Shown piece by piece: positions 8,672-17,109 of a DNA stretch of 59,405 nt. This DNA is from Spirochaetota bacterium (GTDB lineage Bacteria > Spirochaetota > Spirochaetia > Treponematales > UBA12059). The stretch spans positions 1-59,405 of the forward strand of contig QKAK01000098.1 in assembly GCA_003247225.1 (NCBI GenBank), given 5' to 3'. How positions within the stretch are numbered: position 1 is the stretch's first letter; each line of letters starts with the position of its first letter. The notes under the pieces are model-generated. The model saw only the letters and a list, made by a program, of their open reading frames with translations, searched no databases and was not told the DNA's origin. A program made the position numbers and the translations under genes.

Positions 8672-9403
8672 GTGGATCGTCGCGTAGCCATGGCCTGCCT
8701 GTTCTCCGCCGCGCTGTCCGCGGGGGCCCAGGAAGCTTTCTCGTTCTGCTCGGCCGACGGCCTCGAGCTCCGGGCCGACCTCTACCTGCCCCACCCGGAC
8801 TCGTACCCGCTCGTCATCCTGTTCCACATGGCCGGCTCGAGCCGGGGAGAGTACCGCTCCATCGCGCCGGGGCTGAACCGGCTCGGCTACAACGCGCTGG
8901 CCGTCGACCTGCGTTCCGGCGGCTCGTCCGCGGGCGTCGTCAACGAGTCCGCCCGGCGGGCCCGGGAAGACGGCCTGCCCGCGTCCTACCTGGACGCCCT
9001 GCCCGACATGGTCGCGGCGCTCGCCTGCGCCCGCGAACGGTTCGCGAGGGGGCGCGTCATACTGTGGGGCAGCTCGTACTCCGCGTCGCTGGCGCTCAAG
9101 ATGGCCGGTGACGAACCGGCCTGCTGCGACGCGGTGCTCGCCTTCTCGCCGGGCGAGTACTTCTACCCGCGGGACCTCGTCGCCTCGAGCGCCCGCAGCA
9201 TCCGCGTCCCGACCTTCGTTACCTCCTCCCGCGCCGAGGCCGGCGACTGGCGACCCATCTTCGAGCTGATACCCATCGCGGTTAAGACGGGCTTCGTGCC
9301 GACGGCGGCCGGCGCCCACGGGTCTCCGGCGCTCGAACCCGGGGCTGACGGGGCGGAAGAATATTGGGCGGCGGTACGGACATTCCTCGCGTCCCTGCGA
9401 TAG
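8672..9403 (+). CDS. Secreted alpha/beta hydrolase (dienelactone-hydrolase-like)
   Basis: 243 aa from a GTG start 5 nt after AGGAGG (8661-8666). Signal peptide, and a nucleophile-elbow-like LWGSSYSASLAL. Confidence 0.65.
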   Translation: MDRRVAMACLFSAALSAGAQEAFSFCSADGLELRADLYLPHPDSYPLVILFHMAGSSRGEYRSIAPGLNRLGYNALAVDLRSGGSSAGVVNESARRAREDGLPASYLDALPDMVAALACARERFARGRVILWGSSYSASLALKMAGDEPACCDAVLAFSPGEYFYPRDLVASSARSIRVPTFVTSSRAEAGDWRPIFELIPIAVKTGFVPTAAGAHGSPALEPGADGAEEYWAAVRTFLASLR

Positions 9404-9415
9404 GCTGGCGGGAGC

Positions 9416-10246
9416 ATGGCGGGATCCACCGAATCCAAGGTATTCACGCTCTACGGAGCGCTCCTCGACGACGGCGACTACGCCGCCTTCTCGCTCGGGA
9501 CGCTCTACGCCTTCCTGGGTCCGCTCGGCGTCTCCGAGGAGGCCGCCAGGCTCGCCCTATCGCGTATGGCCCGTAAGGGCTACCTCGGCTCTAGGCGCAG
9601 GGGCCGGTCGAGCTTCTACTTCGTCGAGGGGCCGGGCCGCGAGAAGATAGAGGCCGCGGCGGCGCGATCGGTACGGCGGCGGGACGAGGGGCCCTGGGAC
9701 GGCCGATTCCGCCTCGTCTCCTACGAGGTGCCGGAACGGCTCAGGGAGGAGCGTACGGCCCTGGCCGCCGCGCTCGCGGCCGCCGGATACGCCCGGGCGG
9801 CGGCGGGGCTCTGGGTAGCCGCGGTCGATCCCCCTCCGGCCGTCGAGGCGCTCCTCGCGTCGGACGCATACGCGGGCCTAGCCTCCTCCTGGTCGGCCGA
9901 GTACCGCGGGGACGCGCGAGCCTACGCCCGGCGCCTCTACCGCCTGGACGAGCGGGCCGCGAGCGTCCGCGGGTTCCGGGACCGCTTCGCCGCCGAGGCC
10001 GACGGCCTCGCCGATGCGATAGCCTCCGGGACGCCGCCAGCGGACGAAGAATGCTTCCGGCGGTATTTCGAGGCGATGACCGATTACGTCGGGCTCATGG
10101 GCCTCGTCCCGCCGCTACCGCCCGAACTCCTGCCGGAAGACTGGCCCGCGCCGTCGGCTAACGAGGCGTACGCACGCTACCGCGACCTCGTGCGCGATGG
10201 TACCAACGCCTACGTCGCCGCCCACTACGAGCCGTACGGCGAGTAG
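9416..10246 (+). CDS. PaaX-like transcriptional regulator
   Basis: 276 aa. The N-terminal winged helix (LGTLYAFLGPLGVSEEAARLALSRMARKGYL) and a C-terminal helical domain resemble PaaX-family repressors. Confidence 0.6.
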   Translation: MAGSTESKVFTLYGALLDDGDYAAFSLGTLYAFLGPLGVSEEAARLALSRMARKGYLGSRRRGRSSFYFVEGPGREKIEAAAARSVRRRDEGPWDGRFRLVSYEVPERLREERTALAAALAAAGYARAAAGLWVAAVDPPPAVEALLASDAYAGLASSWSAEYRGDARAYARRLYRLDERAASVRGFRDRFAAEADGLADAIASGTPPADEECFRRYFEAMTDYVGLMGLVPPLPPELLPEDWPAPSANEAYARYRDLVRDGTNAYVAAHYEPYGE

Positions 10247-10258
10247 GAGGATCTTGAC

Positions 10259-10418
10259 CGACGCGGGGTTCCTCACGACGCGCCGCGGGTTCCTTACGAC
10301 GACCCGCCCTGATGCTCCAGGAATGCATCCTCGCCTCGTATAGCCTCTCGGAGGGCCCCGCGTACGAGCAAGGATCTCGGGGCGGAGCGTCACGCCGTAC
10401 ATGAGCGGGTTCGATTGG
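10259..10418. repeat. Composite GC-rich intergenic repeat, truncated copy D
   Basis: CACGACGCGCCGC...CCGCCCTGATGCTCCAGGAATGCATCC...CTCTCGGAGGGCC..GCGTACGAGCAAGGATCTCGGGGCGGAGCGTCACGCCGTACATGAGCGGGTTCGATTGG is collinear with the left and right arms of copies A-C, but the central hairpin is missing. Confidence 0.7.
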
Positions 10419-10763
10419 TGCCTTCGGCGCAAAGGAAATCCGTATAAGTACATTGAATCGAACGCCCATATGAGTACAACTCGTAAAACCTGAATAATAC
10501 GGCTATGTTTAATGCAAAACAGAAACTTGATGGTATTCATTGAATATTTTATATTTGCTATGTAGTCGTTTTGGTTGATATACAACGCTTATACAGAAAA
10601 TATATGACTATCTTTATGATAGTCTTTCGTTGCTCGATCTATTTATATGCTTAAGAGCGGAGAATCGTTTGAACATAAAAGTATACAGCAATAAAATTAC
10701 CACTATATCGGGCTAGTTATTTTCAACTTGTACTATCTGGCAAGCGCAATAAGGAGCAATCTT

Positions 10764-11015
10764 ATGATGATGGGCATGCTTATTATCGGCGGGCTGATTA
10801 TACTAACCGCAATCGGCGTGGCTCCGAATATAATATCCGTCATTAAGCAAAAGAATCCAGAAGTGAATGACGATTCAAAAATCGTAGAGATTGAAAAACG
10901 CATCCAACTGCTTGAAGAGCAAAGCGTAGCGCAAAATTCAAAAATCAACGAACTAGAAACTGAAAATAAATTTTTGACTAGGCTTATCGAAAATAGAAAT
11001 ACCGAGAAAAGCTAA
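10764..11015 (+). CDS. Small single-pass membrane protein with C-terminal coiled coil (hypothetical)
   Basis: 83 aa from an ATG 7 nt after AAGGAG (the ORF track opens at a TTG at 10728). MMMGMLIIGGLIILTAIGVAP is a TM helix and the rest is heptad-like (IEKRIQLLEEQ..INELETENKFL). It lies in a strongly AT-rich islet. Confidence 0.5.
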   Translation: MMMGMLIIGGLIILTAIGVAPNIISVIKQKNPEVNDDSKIVEIEKRIQLLEEQSVAQNSKINELETENKFLTRLIENRNTEKS

Positions 11016-11149
11016 CGAACGCTTCAACCTGATAGCGATAGTATCGCGATTTGTGCTTACTGCGCCATGAGGGGGCGCGCTACGGGCTAAGCTCATGGTA
11101 TCGGGCGCCGCATCAGATGTCGGCGAGCATAGAGACGCCGTTCGGCGCG

Positions 11150-11612
11150 GCCTGCGATCGCGTAGCGTACCCGGCGCCGCCGTTAACCCGCGAGCGGAAG
11201 CGAGTCGGGTTGAACGATGGCCGGCGATCGCCGCGACAGTCGGCGATCGCGCTGCGTACCCGGCGCCGCCATTATCCCGCGAGCGCAGCGAGTCAGGTCG
11301 AACGACGGCGAGCGATCGCCGCGGCAGTCGGCGATCGCGCAGCGTACCCAGCGCCGCCGTTAACCCGCGAGCGCAAGCGAGTCAGGTCGAACGACGGCGA
11401 GCGATCGCCGCGATTAGTCGGCGATCGCGCCGCGTACCCGGCGCCGCCGTTAACCCGCGAGCGCAGCGAGTCAAGTCGAATGACGGCGAGCGATCGCCGC
11501 GACAGTCGGCGATCGCGCAGCGTACCCGGCGCCGCCGTTGACCTGCGAGCGCAAGCGAGTCAGGTCGAACGACGGCGAGCGATCGCCGCGATTAGTCGGC
11601 GATCGCGCCGTT
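11150..11612. repeat. Tandem array of five 88-90 bp units, each with two hairpins
   Basis: Units start at 11165, 11254, 11342, 11432 and 11520 (GCGTACCCGGCGCCGCCGTTAACCCGCGAGCG.AAGCGAGTC.GGT.GAACGA.GGC..GCGATCGCCGCGACAGTCGGCGATCGCGC). Hairpin 2 is GGCGATCGCCG / CGGCGATCGC. The period is not a multiple of 3. Confidence 0.9.
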
Positions 11613-11725
11613 TGTCGATGGGTATTGGTTTTTAGTGTCCGACTCCCACCGGTAATAAAAATACAGCCCGAGGCGTTAGCCTCGGGCTGTTGCTAAGCGG
11701 GAAACGGGAGTCGGACCCGCGACAT
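11613..11725 (-). other. Duplicated tRNA-Gly 3' fragment plus terminator copy (att-like direct repeat)
   Basis: 11695-11725 (AAGCGGGAAACGGGAGTCGGACCCGCGACAT) is identical to 11824-11854, which is the variable loop through the 3' end of the intact tRNA. The flanking about 80 bp, including a hairpin with a T-tract (11665-11688), parallels 11744-11823. Confidence 0.8.
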
Positions 11726-11783
11726 GCGCCGCTGCGCGTCGCTTGTCGAGAGGAATCGGTATTTTAATGTCCGACTCCGCCGC

Positions 11784-11817
11784 ATATAAAAATAGCCCGA
11801 GGCTAACGCCTCGGGCT
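11784..11817 (-). terminator. Rho-independent terminator of tRNA-Gly
   Basis: On the minus strand: AGCCCGAGGC-GTTA-GCCTCGGGCT followed by ATTTTTATAT, immediately 3' of the tRNA. Confidence 0.75.
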
Positions 11818-11824
11818 ACATGTA

Positions 11825-11896
11825 AGCGGGAAACGGGAGTCGGACCCGCGACATCCACCTTGGCAAGGTGGCGCTCTACCACTGAGCTATTCCCGC
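11825..11896 (-). tRNA. tRNA-Gly (anticodon GCC)
   Basis: Minus strand GCGGGAATAGCTCAGTGGTAGAGCGCCACCTTGCCAAGGTGGATGTCGCGGGTCCGACTCCCGTTTCCCGCT folds as a cloverleaf: 7-bp acceptor stem, D arm GCTC/GAGC, anticodon stem CCACC/GGTGG with loop TTGCCAA, and T arm GCGGG/CCCGT. CCA is not encoded. Confidence 0.93.
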
Positions 11897-11972
11897 GTCG
11901 TTGCGTTGAGAAGATGCCTTAAAACGGGGTAGAAAGTCAAGGACGCGGCCGTGCCGCCGCGCGGAGAAACGT

Positions 11973-12221
11973 ATGGAAGATCGGCGCCATGTACTACTCG
12001 AGGAAAAGCCCTTCGGCTATCGGTTGCTGAAAGGACGTACGGCCCAGGCGACCTTCAGTGGACGGGTCGTGGCGACGCTCGTCGGCAAGGACTACGACCG
12101 GCTCGAGCGAGCGATAGCGGCGGGCGACGAGTACGGGCTCCAGCTGTTCCTGGCCAAGGCGACCGGCCAGTTCAAGCACGGTAACGAGCGGGCCGGCAAG
12201 GGCCCGCGCCGGACGGCGTAG
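11973..12221 (+). CDS. Hypothetical protein (82 aa)
   Basis: ATG preceded by GGAGAA. Host-like GC and third-position bias. No family recognised. Confidence 0.4.
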   Translation: MEDRRHVLLEEKPFGYRLLKGRTAQATFSGRVVATLVGKDYDRLERAIAAGDEYGLQLFLAKATGQFKHGNERAGKGPRRTA

Positions 12222-12322
12222 GGGCCGCCGGCGCGGGAGGGTCGGACGGGCGGCCCCGCGGGGCCGGGCGCCGGACGGCGCCCGGGTTACCGGCCCTATA
12301 GTCGCGGGCGGAGCCCGCGCCC

Positions 12323-13042
12323 TCAGCCCCCCGCCTTGCTCTCGGCCCCGAGGTAGGAGTCGCGGACGGCGGGGTCGGCGGCGATGTCCGACGCGCGGCC
12401 TTGCTTGACGATGCGGCCCTGCTCGAGCACGTAGGCGCGGTCGGCTACGGCGAGCGCCTTGAAGGCGTTCTGCTCGACGAGCAGGATGGTCTTGCCGAGC
12501 TTGTGGATCTCCCCGATGATCTCGAAGACGGTCTGCACGAGGAGCGGCGCGAGGCCGAGCGACGGCTCGTCCATCAGCACGAGCTCGCCGTCGGTCATCA
12601 GGGCGCGGCCCATCGCGAGCATCTGCTGCTCGCCGCCGGACAGGGTGCCGGCGGACTGCTTGGCGCGCTCGGCGAGCCTGGGGAACAGCGCGTACACCCG
12701 CTCGAGGTCGGCCGCTATGGCCTTCTTGTCGTTGCGGAGGTAGGCGCCCATCGCGAGGTTGCCCTCGACGGACAGGTTAGCGAAGACGAGCCGGCCCTCG
12801 GGCACGTGGCAGACGCCGTCGCGCACGATCAGGTCGGGGCGGCGCGACAGCGGCTTACCCTTGAACGCGACGGAGCCGGAGCTCGGCTTGAGGAAGCCGG
12901 AGATCGCGTTGAGCAGCGTCGACTTGCCGGCCCCGTTAGCGCCGATGATGGTGACGATCTCTCCCTCGTCGACCCTGAGCGATACGCCCTTGAGGGCCCG
13001 GATGCCGCCGTAGGCGACGTGGAGGTTCTCTACGTTGAGCAT
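12323..13042 (-). CDS. livF: Branched-chain amino-acid ABC transporter ATP-binding protein (LivF type)
   Basis: Start MLNVENLHVAYGG at 13042 after GGAGGAG (the ORF track extends further upstream). Walker A GANGAGKST, signature LSGGEQQ, Walker B LVLMDEPS. Confidence 0.9.
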   Translation of the reverse strand: MLNVENLHVAYGGIRALKGVSLRVDEGEIVTIIGANGAGKSTLLNAISGFLKPSSGSVAFKGKPLSRRPDLIVRDGVCHVPEGRLVFANLSVEGNLAMGAYLRNDKKAIAADLERVYALFPRLAERAKQSAGTLSGGEQQMLAMGRALMTDGELVLMDEPSLGLAPLLVQTVFEIIGEIHKLGKTILLVEQNAFKALAVADRAYVLEQGRIVKQGRASDIAADPAVRDSYLGAESKAGG

Positions 13043-13043
13043 G

Positions 13044-13814
13044 CTACTTGTCTCCTCCGCCCAGGTAGGCCTCGACGACGCGCTGGTCGCCGCGGATGGC
13101 GTCCGGTACACCGTCCGCCAGCTTCTGCCCGAAGTTGAGCACGACGATGCGCTCGCACAGCCCCATGACGAGGTCCATGTGGTGCTCGATGACCAGCACC
13201 GACAGCTTGAAGCGGTCGCGTATCTCGCCGATGAGCCGCATCAGCTGCTCGGTCTCGTCGGGGTTCATGCCGGCCGCCGGCTCGTCCAGGAGGAGCAGCT
13301 TGGGGTCGAGGGCGAGCGCCCGGGTTATCTCGAGCCTGCGCTGCAGGCCGTACGGCAGGCCGTTGGCTATCGCGTCCTTGCGGTCGGACAGGCCGAGTAT
13401 CTCGAGGAGGCCGTCGGCCTTGTCCATGATGGCCTTCTCCTCGCGCCTGAAGCGCGGCAGGCGCAGCAGGGAGTCGGCCAGCCCGTAGCTCGCGGACGCG
13501 TGGCAGGCGGTCAGCACGTTCTCGAAGACGGTCAGGTTCTTGAACAGCCGGATGTTCTGGAAGGTGCGCGTGACGCCGAGCCCGGCGATACGGTGCGGCT
13601 CGAGGTCGGTGATGTCCCGGCCGCCGAAGGAGACGGTTCCGGAGCTGACCTTGTAGACGCCGGTGATCAGGTTGAAGATCGTGGTCTTGCCGGCGCCGTT
13701 CGGCCCGATCAGGCCGGAGATGCCGCCCTCGCGCACGTCGAAGTCGACGTCGTTGACGGCCGCGAGCCCGCCGAAGCGCTTGGTCAGGCCGCGGACCTGC
13801 AGTATGTCGCTCAT
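13044..13814 (-). CDS. livG: Branched-chain amino-acid ABC transporter ATP-binding protein (LivG type)
   Basis: Start [16 protein letters not shown] at 13814, overlapping the livM stop. GPNGAGKTT, and the LivG-specific insert region [12 protein letters not shown]. Confidence 0.9.
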   Translation of the reverse strand: MSDILQVRGLTKRFGGLAAVNDVDFDVREGGISGLIGPNGAGKTTIFNLITGVYKVSSGTVSFGGRDITDLEPHRIAGLGVTRTFQNIRLFKNLTVFENVLTACHASASYGLADSLLRLPRFRREEKAIMDKADGLLEILGLSDRKDAIANGLPYGLQRRLEITRALALDPKLLLLDEPAAGMNPDETEQLMRLIGEIRDRFKLSVLVIEHHMDLVMGLCERIVVLNFGQKLADGVPDAIRGDQRVVEAYLGGGDK

Positions 13815-14746
13815 AGTCCGCCCTTTCCGTCGGCTTCGCCGGATAACGCCTCGTCCCCGTCCTCGGCCGCCCGGCCCGCCTTGATCGCCCGCTCCTCGCG
13901 CCGCCTGGCGAAATGCGCGCGGATCGACTTGGGCGTCAACTCGAAGCCGCCCATCAGGCCGCGCGGGCGGCCTATCATGATGCCGATGACCGCGAGGCCG
14001 TAGACGACCAGGCGCCACTTATCCACCGCCCGCAGGAGCTCGGGCAGGAAGGTGAGCACCACGGCGCCGAGCACCGAGCCGGATATCGAGCCGAGCCCGC
14101 CGAAGATCACGATGATCGTCAGCTCGGTCGACTTGACCATGCTGAACATCTTCGGCTGGATGAAGGTCATGTAGTGGCCGAGCAGGGCTCCGGCGACGCC
14201 CGCGTACGCGGCGCTGATGACGAGGGCGAGCATCTTGTAGCGGAAGGTATCGATGCCGGCCACCTTGGCCGCGAGCTCCTCCTCGCGGACGGCTATCATG
14301 TTGCGGCCGTGCCGCGAGCGCACGAGGTTGGCCAGCAGGACGACGCCGATCACGTCGAGTATCAGGATGTTGAGCAGGGTGGTGCGCGGCGGTATGCCGG
14401 GCCAGCCGCGCGCGCCGCCGAGGCCCTGGAAGTTGTCGAGTATCAGCCGTATCGCCTCGCCGAAGCCGAGGGTGGCGATGCAGAAGTAGTCGCCCTTGAG
14501 CTTGAGCGTGGCGCGGCCTATGAGCCAGCTGACGCCTGCGGCGACGAGGGCCGCCGCGGCTATGGCCGCGACGAACGGCAGGCCGAGCAGCTTGGTGCAG
14601 ACGGCCGCCGAGTAGGCGCCTATCGCCATGAAGCCGGCGTGGCCGAACGAGAACAGCCCGGCGAAGCCGGTCAGGAGGCTCAGGCCGAGCACGGCTATGA
14701 GGTTGATGCCCGAGAGCATCAGGATGCCTTCGATGTACGAACTCAT
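13811..14746 (-). CDS. livM: Branched-chain amino-acid ABC transporter permease (LivM type)
   Basis: 311 aa, polytopic, with [14 protein letters not shown]. Position in the operon supports the call. Confidence 0.88.
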   Translation of the reverse strand: MSSYIEGILMLSGINLIAVLGLSLLTGFAGLFSFGHAGFMAIGAYSAAVCTKLLGLPFVAAIAAAALVAAGVSWLIGRATLKLKGDYFCIATLGFGEAIRLILDNFQGLGGARGWPGIPPRTTLLNILILDVIGVVLLANLVRSRHGRNMIAVREEELAAKVAGIDTFRYKMLALVISAAYAGVAGALLGHYMTFIQPKMFSMVKSTELTIIVIFGGLGSISGSVLGAVVLTFLPELLRAVDKWRLVVYGLAVIGIMIGRPRGLMGGFELTPKSIRAHFARRREERAIKAGRAAEDGDEALSGEADGKGGL

Positions 14747-14755
14747 GCCGCCCTC

Positions 14756-15634
14756 CTAGGCCTTGTCTTCGGTGGTCTTGCCCATGATGCCGGTAGGCCG
14801 GAACACGAGGACGCCGATCAGGATGACGAAGGCTATCAGGTCGCGGAACTGGCTGGACAGGTAGCCGGCGACCAGGGTCTCGATGACGCCGAGCAGCACC
14901 GAGCCGAGCACGGCGCCCGGCAGGGACCCGAGGCCGCCGAACACCGCCGCCACGAACGATTTCGTGGTTATGTTGCCTATCTGCGGGTAGACGGTGTACT
15001 TCATGCCGAAGAACACGCCGGCGATGCCGGCGAGCATGCCGCCGAGCGCGAACACGATCATCACGACGCGGTCGGTGTTCACGCCCATCAGCGCCGCGGC
15101 CTTCATGTTGTACGCGGACGCCTGGATGGCGCGGCCCATCTTGGTCTTGTCGATGAAGAGGACGAGGCCGGTCAGGCAGACCGCCGAGATCACGAACATG
15201 ATCAGGTCGAGCCGGCCTATCGACACCGAGCCGAGCGATATCGACGTTCGGCCGAAGACGTCCGGGTAGGTGCGGAAGGTCGGGCCTATCGTCGCGATGA
15301 TGATGTTCTCGAGGAAGATCGACGCGCCCATCGCCGAGATGATGAAGTACAGGAAGGGCGCGCTGCGCTCGCGCAGCGGCTTGTACGCGACGCGCTCGAT
15401 GACGACCGCCAGGACCGCGGTACCGACGAAGGCCAGCGCGAACGACGCGACGAACGGCAGCTTGAGCAGGGTCATCGCGAAGAAGCCGAAGTAGGCCCCG
15501 AACATGATGACGCCGCCGTGCGCGAAGTTCGAGAAATTCATGATGGAGTACACGAGCGAGTAGCCGACGGCCATCAGCGCGTAGACGCTGCCGATGGAGA
15601 GGCCGTTGACCATCTGCTGCAGGAACTGAGCCAT
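14756..15634 (-). CDS. livH: Branched-chain amino-acid ABC transporter permease (LivH type)
   Basis: Start MAQFLQQMVNGLSIGSVYALMAVGYSLVY at 15634. Polytopic. Confidence 0.88.
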   Translation of the reverse strand: MAQFLQQMVNGLSIGSVYALMAVGYSLVYSIMNFSNFAHGGVIMFGAYFGFFAMTLLKLPFVASFALAFVGTAVLAVVIERVAYKPLRERSAPFLYFIISAMGASIFLENIIIATIGPTFRTYPDVFGRTSISLGSVSIGRLDLIMFVISAVCLTGLVLFIDKTKMGRAIQASAYNMKAAALMGVNTDRVVMIVFALGGMLAGIAGVFFGMKYTVYPQIGNITTKSFVAAVFGGLGSLPGAVLGSVLLGVIETLVAGYLSSQFRDLIAFVILIGVLVFRPTGIMGKTTEDKA

Positions 15635-15705
15635 AAGCGCTCCGGGTTTCAGGCGACGGGGGCCGCCGCTGGGGATAGGGCGGCCGAGGCCCCCCGATTC
15701 GTCGA

Positions 15706-15739
15706 GGAGGGAGCCCCCGCCTAAGCGGGCGCTCCCTCC
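15706..15739 (-). promoter_or_regulatory. Strong intercistronic stem-loop between the binding-protein and permease genes
   Basis: GGAGGGAGCGCCCGC-TTA-GGCGGGGGCTCCCTCC on the minus strand (about 14 bp, one mismatch). There is no T-tract, so it is more likely a partial attenuator or mRNA-stability element. Confidence 0.45.
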
Positions 15740-15779
15740 GATCGGCATTCAGTGATTGTTCAGAAATGGAGGCCCCGGA

Positions 15780-16934
15780 TCACTCCGCGGCGTATTTCTG
15801 CTGGAAGATGTACTTGCCGCCTACGATCTTGATGATGGCGGCGTCCTTGCCCTCGGGGTTATGGGTCTGCGGGCTGATCTTGATCCGCCCGGTGATGCCC
15901 TTGACGTCGGCGCTCTCGAGGGCCTTGGCGATCGCCTCGCCCGAGGGCTCGCCGGCGCGCTTCAGGGCGTCGACGAGGAGCACCACCGCGTCGTGGACCA
16001 GGTAGCCGTTCAGCTCGGTCTCGATGCCGTACTTCTTGAGGTAGCGGGCCTTGTAGTCGGCCACGTCCGGGTCCTCGTAGTCGAGGTGGTTGACGAAGTA
16101 GCAGCCCTCGACGGCGGCGCCGCCCATGCTGATCAGCTGGTCGCTCGGCCAGCCGTCGCCGCCCATCAGCACCTGGGTGATGCCGAGCTCGCGGGCCTGG
16201 TTGGCCGACAGCGCGACTTCCTTGAAGAAGTAGGGCATGAAGATGATGTCGGGGTTCTGGGCCTTGATCTTGGACAGCTGGGGCCTGAAGTCGACGTCGC
16301 CGGACTTGAAGGACTCGTCGGCGACGACCGCGCCGCCCTTCTTCTCGAAGTTCTCGATGAAGAACTCGCGGAGGCCCTGCGAGTAGTCGTCGGACACGTC
16401 GTAGAGCACGGCGGCCCTGCGGGCGCCGAGCACGTCGAACGCGTAGCCGGCCGCGACCGCGCCCTGGTAGGGGTCGATGAAGCAGACGCGGAAGTTGTAC
16501 GGCTTGACCTTGCCGTCGAGCACCGTGACCTTCGGGTTGGTCGCGACGGTGGCGATGTCCGGGACCTTGGCGCCCTCTAGGATCGGCGCTATCGGGATGG
16601 CGTTACCGGAGGCGTTCGGGCCGAGTACGGCGACGACCTTGTCCTGGCTGGTCAGGCGCCGGACCACGTTCACCGCTTCCTGCGCGTCGCCCTTGTTGTC
16701 GTACCCGACGGCCTCGAGGGTGTAGGCCTTGCCGCCCACCGTCACGCCGCCGGCGGCGTTGATCTCCTCGAAGAGCATCTTCACCGTGTTGAATTCGTTG
16801 TTGCCCCAGACCGCCTGGTCGCCCGTGAGGGCCCCGAACCAGCCGACCTTGATGACGTCGGCCTGCTTCTCGCCGCCGCACGAAGCGAGGGCGAGGGCGA
16901 CGACGGCCGCCGCGACGATGTTCCGTATGCGCAT
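15780..16934 (-). CDS. Branched-chain amino-acid ABC transporter substrate-binding lipoprotein
   Basis: Start MRIRNIVAAAVVALALASCGG at 16934 after GGAGG. Lipobox LASC. Type-I periplasmic binding fold motifs (IKVGWFGALTGDQA, VVAVLGPNASG). Confidence 0.88.
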   Translation of the reverse strand: MRIRNIVAAAVVALALASCGGEKQADVIKVGWFGALTGDQAVWGNNEFNTVKMLFEEINAAGGVTVGGKAYTLEAVGYDNKGDAQEAVNVVRRLTSQDKVVAVLGPNASGNAIPIAPILEGAKVPDIATVATNPKVTVLDGKVKPYNFRVCFIDPYQGAVAAGYAFDVLGARRAAVLYDVSDDYSQGLREFFIENFEKKGGAVVADESFKSGDVDFRPQLSKIKAQNPDIIFMPYFFKEVALSANQARELGITQVLMGGDGWPSDQLISMGGAAVEGCYFVNHLDYEDPDVADYKARYLKKYGIETELNGYLVHDAVVLLVDALKRAGEPSGEAIAKALESADVKGITGRIKISPQTHNPEGKDAAIIKIVGGKYIFQQKYAAE

Positions 16935-17109
16935 GGTGCCTCCAGAAATAGATGTTTCTACGTATCGGTATTTTCTCCGATTCGTCAAGGTCGCATTTTT
17001 ATACAGCCGCTCCGCATATTTATGCAAGCGCTTCCTATCGCCGTCGGCCCGCGCCGGGCGGCCTTGCCAAACGGTACGGCGGGTATATAGTCGATAGTAT
17101 CGACGAAGC

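Noticed and set aside
10115-10585. 156-aa minus-strand ORF spanning the AT-rich islet, repeat copy D and the PaaX 3' end
   Set aside because: It crosses three compositionally different segments and overlaps a supported gene and a repeat. It has no motifs. At most it is a decayed remnant.
11150-11612. Possible CRISPR array
   Set aside because: The units are contiguous with no unique spacers, the unit length of about 89 bp is far above CRISPR repeats, and there are no cas genes in the window.
11150-11612. GCGATCGC octamers as evidence of cyanobacterial HIP1
   Set aside because: The octamer is confined to the repeat units and their nested copy and is not scattered through genes. The gene content is not cyanobacterial.
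11051-11635. ORFs of 194 and 148 aa running through the 88-90 bp tandem array
   Set aside because: The repeat period is not a multiple of 3 and several frames are open at once. The 'protein' is just the repeat read in shifting frames. There is no credible RBS.
12257-12278. GC-rich hairpin CCGGGCGCC-GGAC-GGCGCCCGG between convergent genes, as a terminator
   Set aside because: There is no T/A tract on either side. It may help termination, but I cannot support calling it a rho-independent terminator.
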